NCBI RefSeq assembly: GCF_964355755.1
Contig: NC_092675.1
Location: 20,742,912-20,806,911 of the forward strand
Source of the DNA: Antedon mediterranea
Taxonomy: Eukaryota; Animalia; Echinodermata
Length of the DNA stretch: 64,000 nt
Reading direction: 5' to 3'
Position numbers and translations under genes: made by a program. The notes below the pieces were generated by a model. It had not been told where the DNA came from and made no database searches. It saw nothing but the letters and a program-made list of their open reading frames with translations. Positions 38,301-50,900 of this stretch are shown piece after piece. Position 1 is the first letter of the stretch. Every line of letters starts with the position of its first letter.

Positions 38301-41300
38301 TTTGTTATTCATAAACATCAATACAGTACCTTGTTTTGTTTTAAGTTTGAAAATCTGATTAAAATCTTTAAGTTTAGAAATAATATTGTTCTTAAGTTAA
38401 TTTAAATTATCAAAATATTATTTTTATTTAAAGTGTTAAAATATTATTATCTTGAGGCACTTCCAGTTCTAAATTTGATGAATTAATTATGATTCTAAAT
38501 AAACACAAAGTACTGAACATGTTCATATAAGCTTAGTGTATGGTATCCTGTGTGATTGGTTCCTAATTTAATTTCCTCAGCCGAGCATCTCATTTCTATA
38601 CATACTGTATTGATATATGGTATTAAGTAGAGTTTCCAACAAATAGAGGAAGAAGCATTAAGCAAATTCCTCGCTAGAGATTTGGGGGGGGGGGGGGGGG
38701 GGGTTATAGGGTCAATAATGTTCTGTTCCTGTATCCTGTATACTAGGAATATATACTGCAGCAGTTTTAAATTTCCATGATTTTTTAATTTTTTTTTATT
38801 CAGTATATTACACAGAGGCGCCATACAAGGTGAAATTTCCACGATTTCAGATGATAATTTAAAGTATTGTCTTTTGTTCAGTCTAAACAATTTATAGGGC
38901 CTACCTATTGTTTCTAGGAAGGTAAATGGCCATATGTGACATACCTAAATATGAAAGGTTTATTCAGTTAAGCCTTTTATAGCGGTAGTATAATACTAAA
39001 GCATGGCTAGCCAGAATGATATCTACAACCCGTCCTTATTCAGTGTTCTTCCACATGATGGGTCCCAAAGGTGTCCCCTAACAAGTGTTCTATAACTGTA
39101 TATGACAACACAATAGCTTTCTTGCCTACTTTGTATTAGCTAACCAATGTCTGGTAAAAAAGATCTTAATAATTTGTTTTCAGAATGTGGTCGAACTTTG
39201 CAAGAAACTTCAGGAAACTTTTCATCTCCTAACTGGCCAAATGCAAATCAAAACGAGTATTGTGAATGGAGAATATCTGTGACCCCTGGTGAACTCATCA
39301 GACTAACCTTTACAGGTTTTGACATCATCCAAACAAACGACTGTTGGCACGATTATGTAGAAGTACGAGATGGCCATTGGCGGTATTCAGACCTCTTAGG
39401 TAAAATGTTTATTACTGTAATTAACTAACAGTAGTTGACAAAGTAGTGATACATTTTAGTTAAATTATTGTGATACTTTTACCAATACATTACATAGAGG
39501 GAATCTTCAGATATTCATCATTAGGATAGGTTTGAGCATTGTACAATAGAATCCCTATTTAAGAGGAAAACCTATGGGATCCAACAACACATATATTTGC
39601 CTTGTTTGTTTTAGGGGAAGTGTCCCATGGAATAGGAAATGTTTGTGTAGTTAAAGTGTTTTTCACAAAAATACCACAAAGTTTTTCTGAATATTCCGAT
39701 TTACTTTTAAATGCAATGTCATCACCCTGTGACTTGTGTGAGCAGACTTAAATCAATGACATATGACTTTTTGTATCGCAAATATAATTGATAGGTGGTG
39801 AAAGATTATGGTATTAAATATTCAGAATATCAAAATGTAGGACTATTAGTGAACTTCTATCATTTAACTTGTTGAAAAGTTTTCATATTAGTATGCAGGG
39901 AGGCTTTTTTGAAGAGGTTTTTCCCTCCTCCCCTCTTCCCAACATTCCACCCTTCCCAACATTCCACCCCTGATCATACATACATAATGGCAGAATGATT
40001 CATTATTTTACAGAGGTTAGAGCTTGTATAATTGCAATGATCAATGTGACTGTATAATTGAATTGTGTGTGACACATTGACAGAGACACATGTACAGAAT
40101 TATTACAGAAAATACTGTCTATTGAATTTAATATTTCAACTTTTCGTTCTTGCTAGGTCGTTTCTGTGGTTCTCGTCTTCCTGCACCTCTCATATCAACT
40201 AGTAGTCGTTTGTGGATAAAGGTTCGCACAGAGCACTACTACAGCCGAGGTTTCTCAGCTAGTTATGAAGGTGAATATACATTCTTTTAAATCTGCCCAC
40301 TTTGTTTTAGTCTAATGTTTTTTTGGGTATGATGTGTTTTTCCCAACTTGGACTGTTACACTGTATTGCTGTGCATACAAATGGTTTCATTTGTGCATTC
40401 ATGATATGGAAGATGAAACATTTCATCTTTCAAGGAACATATTCGTTACTAAGCATAAATAACAGCCTTGATCATTATTTGATGCATGTAACATTATAAA
40501 TCATCTGGCTAAAGCTATATTCACACTTAATACTGTATACAATTTTCCATTGCCGTCTTCCAATGAAACATTGTGAATGTAGCTATAGATGAGTTTGTAT
40601 GTAGGCCTAGAGTAAATATTGTAAACCAATTTTGAACTGGAACTGCAGATGGTATCATGTGATCCTACACGGACAGAAAATAAAGTTTTTCGAATTGCAA
40701 ATAATTGAATTCAATCTAGTAAACATTTGTGTGTGTTCCCCGCAGCAATATGTGGAGGGAGTATCATTGGGAGATCAAGCGGAAATCTGCAGAGTCCTAA
40801 CTATCCTGATGATTATAGACCAAATAAGGAATGTGTTTGGAAAATACTGATGCCAGAGGATGAACAAGTTGGTCTTCGTTTCCAATCTTTTGAGGTGAGT
40901 GAAATAGTCAAAACATTTTTTTAAAACTGTATTACATTATTTCTGCTTCATACTACAGGAGTGTTATTGTAAAGATTTATGTGCCTATATATGGACATGA
41001 TGATGTCATATCATTACCATATTTAAGCATATCACTACCATATTTGGGCACTTTTTTTGTCAAACTAATTTGATAGTGTACACAGAGCTTAAGATCCTAT
41101 CAACTCTAATCTTTGTTGTCTTTCACAGATTGAACGCCATGACAATTGTATCTATGATTATGTTGAAGTATATGATGGCCATGATGAAACGGCTGAGAGC
41201 ATAGGTCTTTATTGTGGTTACAGTATTCCAAATGATATTAAATCCAGCACTAATAAATTGATGGTGATATTTAAATCTGATGGGTCAGTCAATAAGGCAG

Positions 41301-44300
41301 GATTTTCAGCTAATTATTTTTCTGGTGAGTGTTTATTTTTGTTCTATATTAGGCATATTGCTAAGGACTGTAAATAGGGATTGTTTCACTGTACAGATAT
41401 AGGAATGACAATCCATTCTCAAGGCAAACATACACACAGTGAAGTCGTTTTGTCATGACAAAAAAAATTATGATATCTGACAGGCATTTTATATTTATAT
41501 ATATATGTATTTCTGATGGAAAATGTGTTTTGGTACAACAAAAGCTGTTGAATTTTGAATATTTGTTTGATAAATATAAAATCAACCATGCTGTCTGCAA
41601 ACTGATGCAGTGAGTCCAAAATAAAAGTAGTTTGGAACCTTAGAAAAAAGAGTCTATAACAGAGATAAAGAATAACATGTTGCCTAGAAGTTCGTATTCA
41701 GGGTGGGCAGAGTAAGCATTCCATATAGGTCATCACCACCATAACTTTTCTTATTATTATTTTTCAGAGGTTGATGAGTGTAGTTGGGCAGACAAAGGAG
41801 GATGTCAACAGCTTTGTATAAACTCTGTCGGTAGTTACTCATGTGAATGCAGACCAGGCTATGAACTCAAAAGTGATGGAAAAGGTTGTGAAGGTAAGAA
41901 GATGAAGGAAGATGTTTATATGGTAGAAAGTTATTGATGATGAAATTTACTCTATTATGATAAAGTGGCTTTGATCAATAATGCTGGTTCTATGCTGATT
42001 TGCAATGACTTCTGGTTGAAAATTAGCATGTGTTGTAATGAAAGAAATAGGTTTAAAAAGATCTTGTGGAGAACATTGGTAAGAATTGGTTTAAGATGAG
42101 GGAAAGTGAAAATATTCATTGTGAAAGTAATGTAGAAATAGAAACAAACCTAGATTACTTTAACCAAATTGTTTTGTAGTTGCTTGTGGTGGATTTTTAA
42201 CAAGTCTTGAAGGTAATATTACAACACCTTCCTACCCTGATAATTACCCAAGAGAAAAGAATTGCGTCTGGCAGATAGTGGCTCCAGCAAACCACCGTAT
42301 CTCATTGGAATTTAACACCTTTGACCTGGAAGGAAACGAGGTAGAGTAATATTTTAAAATTGTTGAGGTTAATAGGGTACTTGGCAATATGGTCTTTTCC
42401 GATTTGTTCCTAAAATACTGCACTGAATTTGCCTTCCGAATGTTGAATTCTGTTATTGTTAAAACTTACATAAGTGTTTTTGTCAACCAATTCCAGAAAG
42501 CCTGAGCTAAAACCTTGATTCCATGTCTCTTGTGCTTATTTATGTAGTATTCATTTATCAATATACTGGTTTATCAGGCTGTTACAGCAACATTCAGGAC
42601 CCACATATGGAGGAAACCCTGGTGCCACAACTAATAAATAAAATGCAAAAAATATCTGTTGCATGTTGTATTTGTACGTATTTGCTTTCCATATGGATGG
42701 ACTTGAATTAACAAAATGACAGTATTCCTTTGGCAATACACAAACAGAGTATGCACTAATTATATGTTGAATATTTGCCTATCTATTTTTCAGCAATGTA
42801 AATATGATTTCACAGAGGTTCGGAGCGGTTTACAAGGTGGTACACTACATGGCAGGTTCTGTGGCGAGAAAAAACCAAGCACAATTACATCCCGACATAA
42901 CAATATGCGTATAGAGTTTCACTCTGATAGCACTGTCTCTAAACAAGGATTTTTTGCCACCTTTTTCGCAGGTATGGCTGAAGTCTTTAAACAGATATCA
43001 GTACAAGTAAACATTTTACTACTTATTCTTCTAAAACAATCTCACTTTCTCCTGTGGTTTTCTTTCCGTTTATTTTTTATTCTGTACATGTCGATTCCGA
43101 ATCAGGAATGACGGTGCAAACAGGTAGGTACAAATAAATGGTTTCAACATTGTGCCCCAAACTATTCATTGATTCTTTTTCTTTATGGCAACATTCACCA
43201 TCTTCTCTACACTTCTTTTTTCACGATTTTCTTTCGATCTTTCTTACTTGATCTTATCCATTTATTGTTTGCATATTTGTATTGTATTTTGGCATTTATT
43301 CAACAAATGTTACTTTTAATAGACTTCCTTTGGTTACTTCCCTTTTATTCACTCGTCCTGATGTCCAAGACACACATCTGTGTGCTGGTGCAAAATTGCA
43401 TTAATGTCTCTTGTTTCTTGACATCTTCATTATTTCCAATATACCTCATGCTTTGTCACAAAATGTCACAACCAAAAGCAAAGCTCTGCAAATTAAAAGG
43501 AGGAAAAAGATCAATCAAAACGATACAGTAAAACAGCCATTAAATTTGCAGGGCTTTCGACCAACACTAGCTCTTCATCAGAGTGAGTTAGAGTACTTGG
43601 ACAAAATTGAGAATAGAATTTTGTAGTTATCCAAAGTATCCTCCAGGATTACAACAAAGTCAGATACAAAATTATAAAAACAGTAGATATATATTCTGGC
43701 TTTACATAAAATGCTGAATCTCAATAACCATCTGCTCTTTTGAATAAAGTGTACACATTCTGCTTAAAATAGCTTTAAATTATTACAAAGAATATATTGT
43801 ACCTTGGAAGATCTATTTCATCATTTGTGCAAGTGGTTTGTAATAAAATTTGTTCAATTTGTTAGAGATTGTTCTGGTGAGGGAACGAATATTCCTGAAC
43901 TATATCTGCCATGTTGAAAACAACTATTAATCTTTTGCGAATGTCAAGAGTTTCCCTACTGTAATAATTCAAGTCTGCGTCAGTGAACCTTTTAATATAT
44001 GCACTATCACAAAACAACTCTTAGGCAATGGATGAACTATTTGATATTAGAGGGGTAGAAATTGTTCAATATCTCAAATTCAAGACAATTAAATGGTGTA
44101 TGGTACTCAATATAGAATTTCTGTTTTTATTGGTAAAAAACAAAATTTGTTTTATTTGCAGATATTGATGAATGTGAACAGAACAATGGAGGTTGTCAAC
44201 ATGTTTGCAGTAACACACTTGGTAGTTATACCTGTTCATGTAGAAATGGATTCACACTACACCAGAATGACAAAGATTGTAAAGAATGTTAGTAAGACTT

Positions 44301-46552
44301 TGATTTAATAACTCTTTTAATGGGTGGCCTCTAGAGAACAAGACAAGACTGTTCTCCCATAGGGCCCAGTACAAGACCATGATCAGCACAAACCAGAAAA
44401 TGATCTTCCATCTTCTTTATCATGAACATGAGCAATATATTACACATCTTGAACAAACACCTCTCACATGCTAATCCAATACCTTTGTTTTGTTTAAATT
44501 CATTTTCCAAGTAATTATATTTTTAATTTCTTGTTTGATTATATTACATGTTTTCCATTGATATAAAGTTTGCGGTACACCACGTGTATTAGTTCTGAAA
44601 AGAACTGTTGAGTTTCTCGACGTTTCGATCAATATGCTTTGATCGTCCTCAGGACGTCCTCACTAATACACGTGGTGTACCGCAAACTTGATATCAACAT
44701 GTTTTCCATTGTTTTTTAATAGCTGGATGTCGTCATGAAATTCAAAATTATGAGGGTGTTATAACTTCACCAAACTGGCCAGATAACTATCCAAAGAGGA
44801 AGGATTGTAATTGGCATATCACAGTAACTGCTGGACACAAGGCTAGGCTTGTAAGTCATGTGATCCATCATTTGATTTGTTTTTATTTTGGACACTCTAA
44901 AGCTCTGTCTACACTGTCAAACTAGTTTGACAAAAAAGTGTGATGTTCCCAAATATGGTAGTGCTATGCACAAATATGGTAATGATATGACATCACATTT
45001 GTTTGTCACATAAAGTTTGATAGTGTAGACAGAGCTTAAGAAAAGAATCTAAATAAATACAGCTTATAAGGAACTTGTTTCTTGCTTCTAACAACAGTAC
45101 AATATGCCAAGAGTAGTGTCTTATAAGATTAATGTCCACTTTTATTTATTTTGTCTTATTCCAGTCTTTTGAGGAGTTTGATGTGGAAACTCACCAAGAG
45201 TGTGCATATGATTATGTGCTACTGTATGATGGCACTTCGTCTTCAGGTCAGATGTTAGGTCGTCTCTGTGGCACTCAGATCCCTGATCCTGTGCTTGCTA
45301 GTGGTAATAATATTTTTATAAGATTTTTCTCAGATGGTTCTGTCACAAGAAAAGGATTTAAAGCAGAAATTGACACAGGTATGCTTTATATATATTTTAA
45401 CTTGTTTATAATCTTATTTATAGATTTTATTTTGTTTATGAAAGGAAGTTGAAGGGTCATTTACAAATTGACTATAATATTAAAACTACTCTCTTATTTT
45501 AATTTTGTTTAGAAATAGTTTTTAAACTGATGATAATTTTGTTAAAATTTGTATTTTGCCTTTGTAGTTTGTGGTGGCGTATTAGAGGCAACCTACGCAC
45601 CTCAGTTGTTGTACTCACATGCTAAACATGGGGATAGTATATACAACTCACAGGTGAGAATTTTGTAAATATGTTCATACTGCTTTTATTATGAATTGTT
45701 TATATTATAACACAATTTGATGACCTGACTTTGTTATGTCTTGCAAATTCATAGTGCACATTCCGGCACATTGGGCATAATTACTCGCTTAATCCATTGA
45801 TAGCATTTTGGCAGATTCTAAATCTAGACAACAACTAATGACAGAATACACCATATGTTTATCCATTTTAGGAGGATTGTTCATGGACAATCATAGCACC
45901 AGATGAGGCTGATCTACGTGTACGGCTTTTGTTTTTGACACTCGATATTGAGCATGAAACAGAATGTGATTACGATTATGTTGAAGTATTTGATGGGGAC
46001 GATTATGCAGCCACTAAAATTGGTCGCTATTGTGGACACAGGGTAAGTTAATAAACTTAAAGTATGCACATGTCCCGCAATCCTTTGTAAAAACTATTCA
46101 CCTTAATTTTGATGATTTTACATTTTTTGCATATCAATTGATATACTAAAAATGAATTAATTTATAAATATTGAGAAGTATAAGTGAGAAAAAGCCACCC
46201 CAACAGAGATTCGAACCCAGAATCTTGTGCTTAACTGAGGCTTTTATGGTATAGTTCAAATGTGGATAGTGACTTTTAATACTTTTGAAGTGGTATGTTT
46301 ATGAACAGCACTAGTTCTTAACCGTATGCACAAGCAACAGAGATCAATTTGATGCTAATATCTTATGATATTATTAATTCACAAGCTGGGATATCTAAAT
46401 ATCTAAAATTTTGTAAATTAATATGTATATATATTCTCTTCCAGGTACCAAATGATATAGTATCAACACACAACACTCTTCATATAGTGTTCCGTAGTGA
46501 TGATACCATTCAACGTAAAGGCTTTTCAGCAGAATATGAAATCACGACGTAA
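26337..46552 (+). CDS. BMP1: BMP1/tolloid-like astacin metalloprotease (signal-pro-astacin-CUB-CUB-EGF-CUB-EGF-CUB-CUB), complete, 19 exons
   Basis: Exons: 26337-26493, 30781-30933, 31126-31239, 32167-32290, 33185-33363, 37668-37901, 39184-39399, 40157-40270, 40746-40894, 41129-41324, 41768-41893, 42180-42340, 42794-42971, 44162-44287, 44723-44850, 45165-45378, 45568-45653, 45872-46042, 46445-46552. They sum to 2934 nt (977 aa plus TAA). Motifs: hydrophobic signal peptide, prodomain [14 protein letters not shown], furin site RKRR|AVTAR, zinc motif [19 protein letters not shown], Met-turn SIMHY, five CUB and two Ca-EGF modules. Likely co-orthologue of vertebrate BMP1/TLL1/TLL2. Confidence 0.95.
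27322..27510 (-). mobile_element. MITE family A, copy 3 (inverted orientation)
   Basis: Reverse complement of 9343-9521 with a ~10-bp internal insertion (ACTATAGTCT region); TTA TSD on both sides. Confidence 0.9.
28633..28899. mobile_element. Harbinger-type MITE, family C
   Basis: TIR AGGCCCGTTTACAC.CGATAAA.AACGGCGAT / ATCGTCGTTCTTTATC..GTATAAACGGGCCT, preceded by TAA. Confidence 0.7.
31770..32110. mobile_element. Tc1/pogo-like MITE remnant
   Basis: Left TGTAGAACCCCTATTATA..ACTCGGGGTAC versus right GTACCCCGAGTTATAAAGGTATTCTAC. Confidence 0.5.
32740..32859. mobile_element. Short GGATCC-type (hAT-like) MITE
   Basis: GCTGATCCAGG...CCTGGATCCGCCCCTG termini; a similar right end occurs at about 24225-24235. 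Confidence 0.55.
36080..36230 (-). mobile_element. Degenerate copy of the Deu-like SINE
   Basis: GGTAACCC..AAGAAGATG..TGTACACTG..TATCCGAGAAG..TACCAGAGACTTGAACC is collinear with 2625-2755. Confidence 0.5.
36682..36765. mobile_element. Internally deleted relative of MITE family A
   Basis: TAA|AGCTTGGTTCCCA..CAACACAAGGATGTA..AGTGGAAACCAAGCT|TTA. Confidence 0.7.
40980..41089 (-). mobile_element. MITE family B, copy 3 (inverted, one end truncated)
   Basis: Reverse-orientation internal sequence ending TTTGATAGTGTACACAGAGCT|TAA. Confidence 0.8.
43010..43590 (-). mobile_element. Decayed Penelope-like retroelement 5' fragment with mutated hammerhead
   Basis: Minus strand has CTGATGAAGAGC..GGTCGAAAGCC (43581-43551), followed downstream by A-rich, frameshifted coding-like sequence with SLGHN..FVPT and RKVRL-like words. 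Confidence 0.4.
44546..44711 (-). mobile_element. Short Penelope-like insertion: foldback arms, minimal hammerhead core, 15-bp flanking direct repeat
   Basis: ACATGTTTTCCATTG at 44546-44560 and 44697-44711; 36-bp inverted arms 44558-44593 and 44662-44697 with 1 mismatch. Confidence 0.75.
44616..44655 (-). ncRNA. Minimal type-I hammerhead ribozyme motif
   Basis: Minus strand reads C-CUGAGGA-C-GAUCAA-AGCAUA-UUGAUC-GAAA-CGUC-GAG. It has the conserved CUGANGA and GAAA core, a 6-bp helix II, and palindromic ACGU in place of helix III. Helix I is only about 2 bp here. Confidence 0.65.
44901..45036. mobile_element. MITE family B, copy 4
   Basis: TAA|AGCTCTGTCTACACTGTCAAACT...AGTTTGATAGTGTAGACAGAGCT|TAA. 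Confidence 0.9.
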
Positions 46553-47479
46553 AAATCTTCTTTAGTAAAATATAATTATAATTTTAAAACAATGATTTCA
46601 AGTTATTCTTTTATTATTAAAAATGCTTATTTGTTTAACCTGATGTTGTTATCAATGATAAAGGAAGTATAGAAAGGATTAATTATATCAACTCGAGTAG
46701 TTTTTGGAGATTCCCATTTTATTTATTGGAGACTAAATCTGCCAAAAACTGTATGCTTTCCATGAGTATAAATGGTTACACAGTTTGCAGTTGCCATGTT
46801 CATTTAATATTATATACATCAAATGCATAGTGATATTAAAATATATATGGTGTTCTTAGATCTCAATTTCAACATGATTATGGGATTCTATTAATAAATC
46901 TTATATTCTCTTCCTACTGGCAATCAATTATTTAGCTATTTAAAAAAATGTACTGATACTATATTTTAAATAGTTATTAAATTCAATAGTCATGTTAGGG
47001 AATAGAAATAATTTAATATTTGTGTTTGCTATCTATTGAACTAGATTGTACCTCATTTTTGTCCAGTTATAATTTGGTGATTTCAATAAATATATAACTA
47101 GTACAATCAGGTTATAATGTATATAAAATCTTTTAAAAAAAACTTTAAGTGTATCATAGTAGACCTATTTTTAAAATGATTCTTACCTATAAAAAGTATG
47201 TTGTCTGGTATTTTAGAATTCATTATTTTATAAATTAAAATACTCTTTCAAAGAGTCATTGAATAAATAACAACACATTATATTGTTCTTCTGATACATT
47301 TCTGTTAACATGTCTCCTTCGAATGTTAGTACCATCTATGTTTATTTAAGTGGCTATCCTACCTGTATACAACAAAATAATAATAAGAATTGTTAAATGT
47401 ATATTTAATTGAAAAGGTATCAATTGTTTTATTTTTGTGTAGTCAGCTTGTATGGACAATTATAGCAATATTGAATTAT

Positions 47480-47913
47480 AGCGTTTTTTTACACAAAGTG
47501 ATTATATTACACCATGAGATGACAATGTGGCACATCTATTAGTGCATATTAATTGACTTTTAAAAAGGTTGTATTTTAGATGATTTTGTTTAAAAAAAGC
47601 ACAATGACCAAATTTTAATTAATTTTTTTTTATACAAAGTGGTGGTCCTATGGCAACATATGATGAATCTATGGAAATATACAAGCACATATAGCACTAT
47701 TAGTGCATATTAATCGAATTTGAAAAAGGTCATATTTTGGGTGATTTTGTAAAAAATGACCGAATTTCAACATTTTTATTTTTCCATACAAAGTGGTTCT
47801 ATGGCACCATATGATGATTCTATGGCAATATACTTGCACATATAGCACTATTACCGGTATGCATGTTAATTGAATTTTAAAATTGTCATATTTTGGGTGA
47901 TTTTCCCGGAAAA
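47480..47913. repeat. Diverged ~155-190-bp satellite (unit C), left block
   Basis: About 3 copies of TACAAAGTGGTTCTATGGCACCATATGATGATTCTATGG..ATATAGCACTATTAGTGCATATTAAT..AAAAAGGTCATATTTTGGGTGATTTT. Confidence 0.85.
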
Positions 47914-50900
47914 TTACTATAGCATAATAAACATGCGCAGAGGCGACTAATGGGTTCTGCGCAAGTCAATTGTGCTATCATAACCATATTTAACATAAAT
48001 GGTTACTATATTGCATAATAAACATGCGCAGAGATGAATAATGGGTTTTGCGCAAGTCAATTGTGCTACAGTAACCAATTTTGACATAAATGGTTACTAT
48101 AGCATAATAAACATGCGCAGAGGCGACTAATGGGTTATGCGCATGTTAATTGTGCTATAGTAACCAGTTTTATCGAAAAATAAAAAGGTCGAAAATTGGC
48201 AATTTAAAAAAAAAAAAACCTGTACTATAGTACAAGGAAATTATCGAAAATTGCCGATTTTCGACCCTTTTATTTTTTGACATAAATGGTTACTATTGCA
48301 TAATAAACATGCGCAGAGGCGACTAATGGGTTCTGCGCAAGTCAATTGTGCTATCATAACCATATTTAACATAAATGGTTACTATATAGCATAATAAACA
48401 TGCGCAGAGACGAATAATGGGTTCTGCGCATGTTAATTGTGCTATAGTAACCAGTTTTATCGAAAAATAAAAAGGTCGGAAATTGGCAATTTTTTTGAAA
48501 AATCCCTATAGTACAGGAAAATTTTCGAAAAATTGCCGATTTCCGACCCTTTTATTTTTTTACATAAATGGTTACTATTGCATAATAAACATGCGCAGAG
48601 GCGTCTAATGGGTTCTGCGCAAGTCAATTGTGCTATCATAACCATATTTAACATAAATGGTTACTATATTGCATAATAAACATGCGCAGAGGCGACTAAT
48701 GGGTTCTGCGCAAGTCAATTGTGCTACAGTAACCAATTTTGACATAAATGGTTACTATAGCATAATAAACATGCGCAGAGGCGACTAATGGGTTCTGCGC
48801 ATGTCAATTGTGCTATCATAACCAGTTTTATCGAAAAATAAGAAGGTCGAAAATTGGCAATTTTTTTGAAAAATCCCTGTACTATAGTACAGGAAAATTT
48901 TCGAAAAATTGCCGATTTCCGACCCTTTTATTTTTTTACATAAATGGTTACTATTGCATAATAAACATGCGCAGAGGCGACTAATGGGTTCTGCGCAAGT
49001 CAATTGTGCTATCATAACCATATTTAACATAAATGGTTACTATATTGCATAATAAACATGCGCAGAGATGAATAATGGGTTTTGCGCAAGTCAATTGTGC
49101 TACAGTAACCAATTTTGACATAAATGGTTACTATAGCATAATAAACATGCGCAGAGGCGACTAATGGGTTATGCGCATGTTAATTGTGCTATAGGAACCA
49201 GTTTTATCGAAAAATAAAAAGGTCGAAAATTGGCAATTTTTCTGAAAAATCCCTATACTATAGTACAAGAAAATTTTCGAAAATTGCCGATTTTCGACCC
49301 TTTTAATTTTTGACATAAATGGTTACTATTGCATAATAAACATGCGCAGAGGCGACTAATGGGTTCTGCGCCAGTCAATTGGGCTATCATAACCATATTT
49401 AACATAAATGGTTACTATATAGCATAATAAACATGCGCAGAGACGAATAATGGGTTCTGCGCATGTTAATTGTGCTATAGTAACCAGTTTTATCGAAAAA
49501 TAAAAAGGTCGAAAATTGGCAATTTTTTTGAAAAATCCCTGTTCGAAAATTTTCGAAAAATTGCCGATTTCCGACCCTTTTATTTTTTTACATAAATGGT
49601 TACTATTGCATAATAAACATGCGCAGAGGCGTCTAATGGGTTCTGCGCAAGTCAATTGTGCTATCATAACCATATTTAACATAAATGGTTACTATATTGC
49701 ATAATAAACATGCGCAGAGGCGACTAATGGGTTCTGCGCAAGTCAATTGTGCTACAGTAACCAATTTTGACATAAATGGTTACTATAGCATAATAAACAT
49801 GCGCAGAGGCGACTAATGGGTTCTGCGCATGTTAATTGTGCTATAGTAACCAGTTTTATCGAAAAATAAAAAGGTCGAAAATTGGCAATTTAAAAAAAAA
49901 AAACCCTGTACTATAGTACAAGGAAATTTTCGAAAATTGCCGATTTTCGACCCTTTTATTTTTTGACATAAATAGTTACTATTGCATAATAAACATGCGC
50001 AGAGACAAATAATGGGTTCTGCGCATGTCAATTGTGCTATCATAACCAGTTTTATCGAAAAATAAAAAGGTCGAAAATTGGCAATTTTTTTGAAAAATCC
50101 CTGTACTATAGTACAGGAAAATTTTCGAAAAATTGCCGATTTCCGCAGAGGCGTCTAATGGGTTCTGCGCAAGTCAATTGTGCTATCATAACCATATTTA
50201 ACATAAATGGTTACTATATTGCATAATAAACATGCGCAGAGGCTACTAATGGGTTCTGCGCAAGTCAATTGTGCTACAGTAACCAATTTTGACATAAATG
50301 GTTACTATAGCATAATAAACATGCGCAGAGGCGACTAATGGGTTCTGCGCATGTTAATTGTGCTATAGTAACCAGTTTTATCGAAAAATAAAAAGGTCGA
50401 AAATTGGCAATTTAAAAAAAAAAAAACCTGTACTATAGTACAAGGAAATTATCGAAAATTGCCGATTTTCGACCCTTTTATTTTTTGACATAAATGGTTA
50501 CTATTGCATAATAAACATGCGCAGAGGCGACTAATGGGTTCTGCGCAAGTCAATTGTGCTATCATAACCATATTTAACATAAATGGTTACTATATAGCAT
50601 AATAAACATGCGCAGAGACGAATAATGGGTTCTGCGCATGTTAATTGTGCTATAGTAACCAGTTTTATCGAAAAATAAAAAGGTCGAAAATTGGCAATTT
50701 TTTTGAAAAATCCCTATAGTACAGGAAAATTTTCGAAAAATTGCCGATTTCCGACCCTTTTATTTTTTTACATAAATGGTTACTATTGCATAATAAACAT
50801 GCTCAGAGGCGTCTAATGGGTTCTGCGCAAGTCAATTGAGCTATCATAACCATATTTAACATAAATGGTTACTATATTGCATAATAAACATGCGCAGAGG

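Noticed and set aside
38683-38703. G21 homopolymer (G-quadruplex potential)
   Set aside because: Isolated poly-G tracts are common in such genomes and error-prone in assembly; there is no further context.
46195-46245. Reverse B-box GGGTTCGAATC suggesting a tRNA
   Set aside because: No cloverleaf or acceptor stem; most likely a SINE or tRNA-derived fragment.
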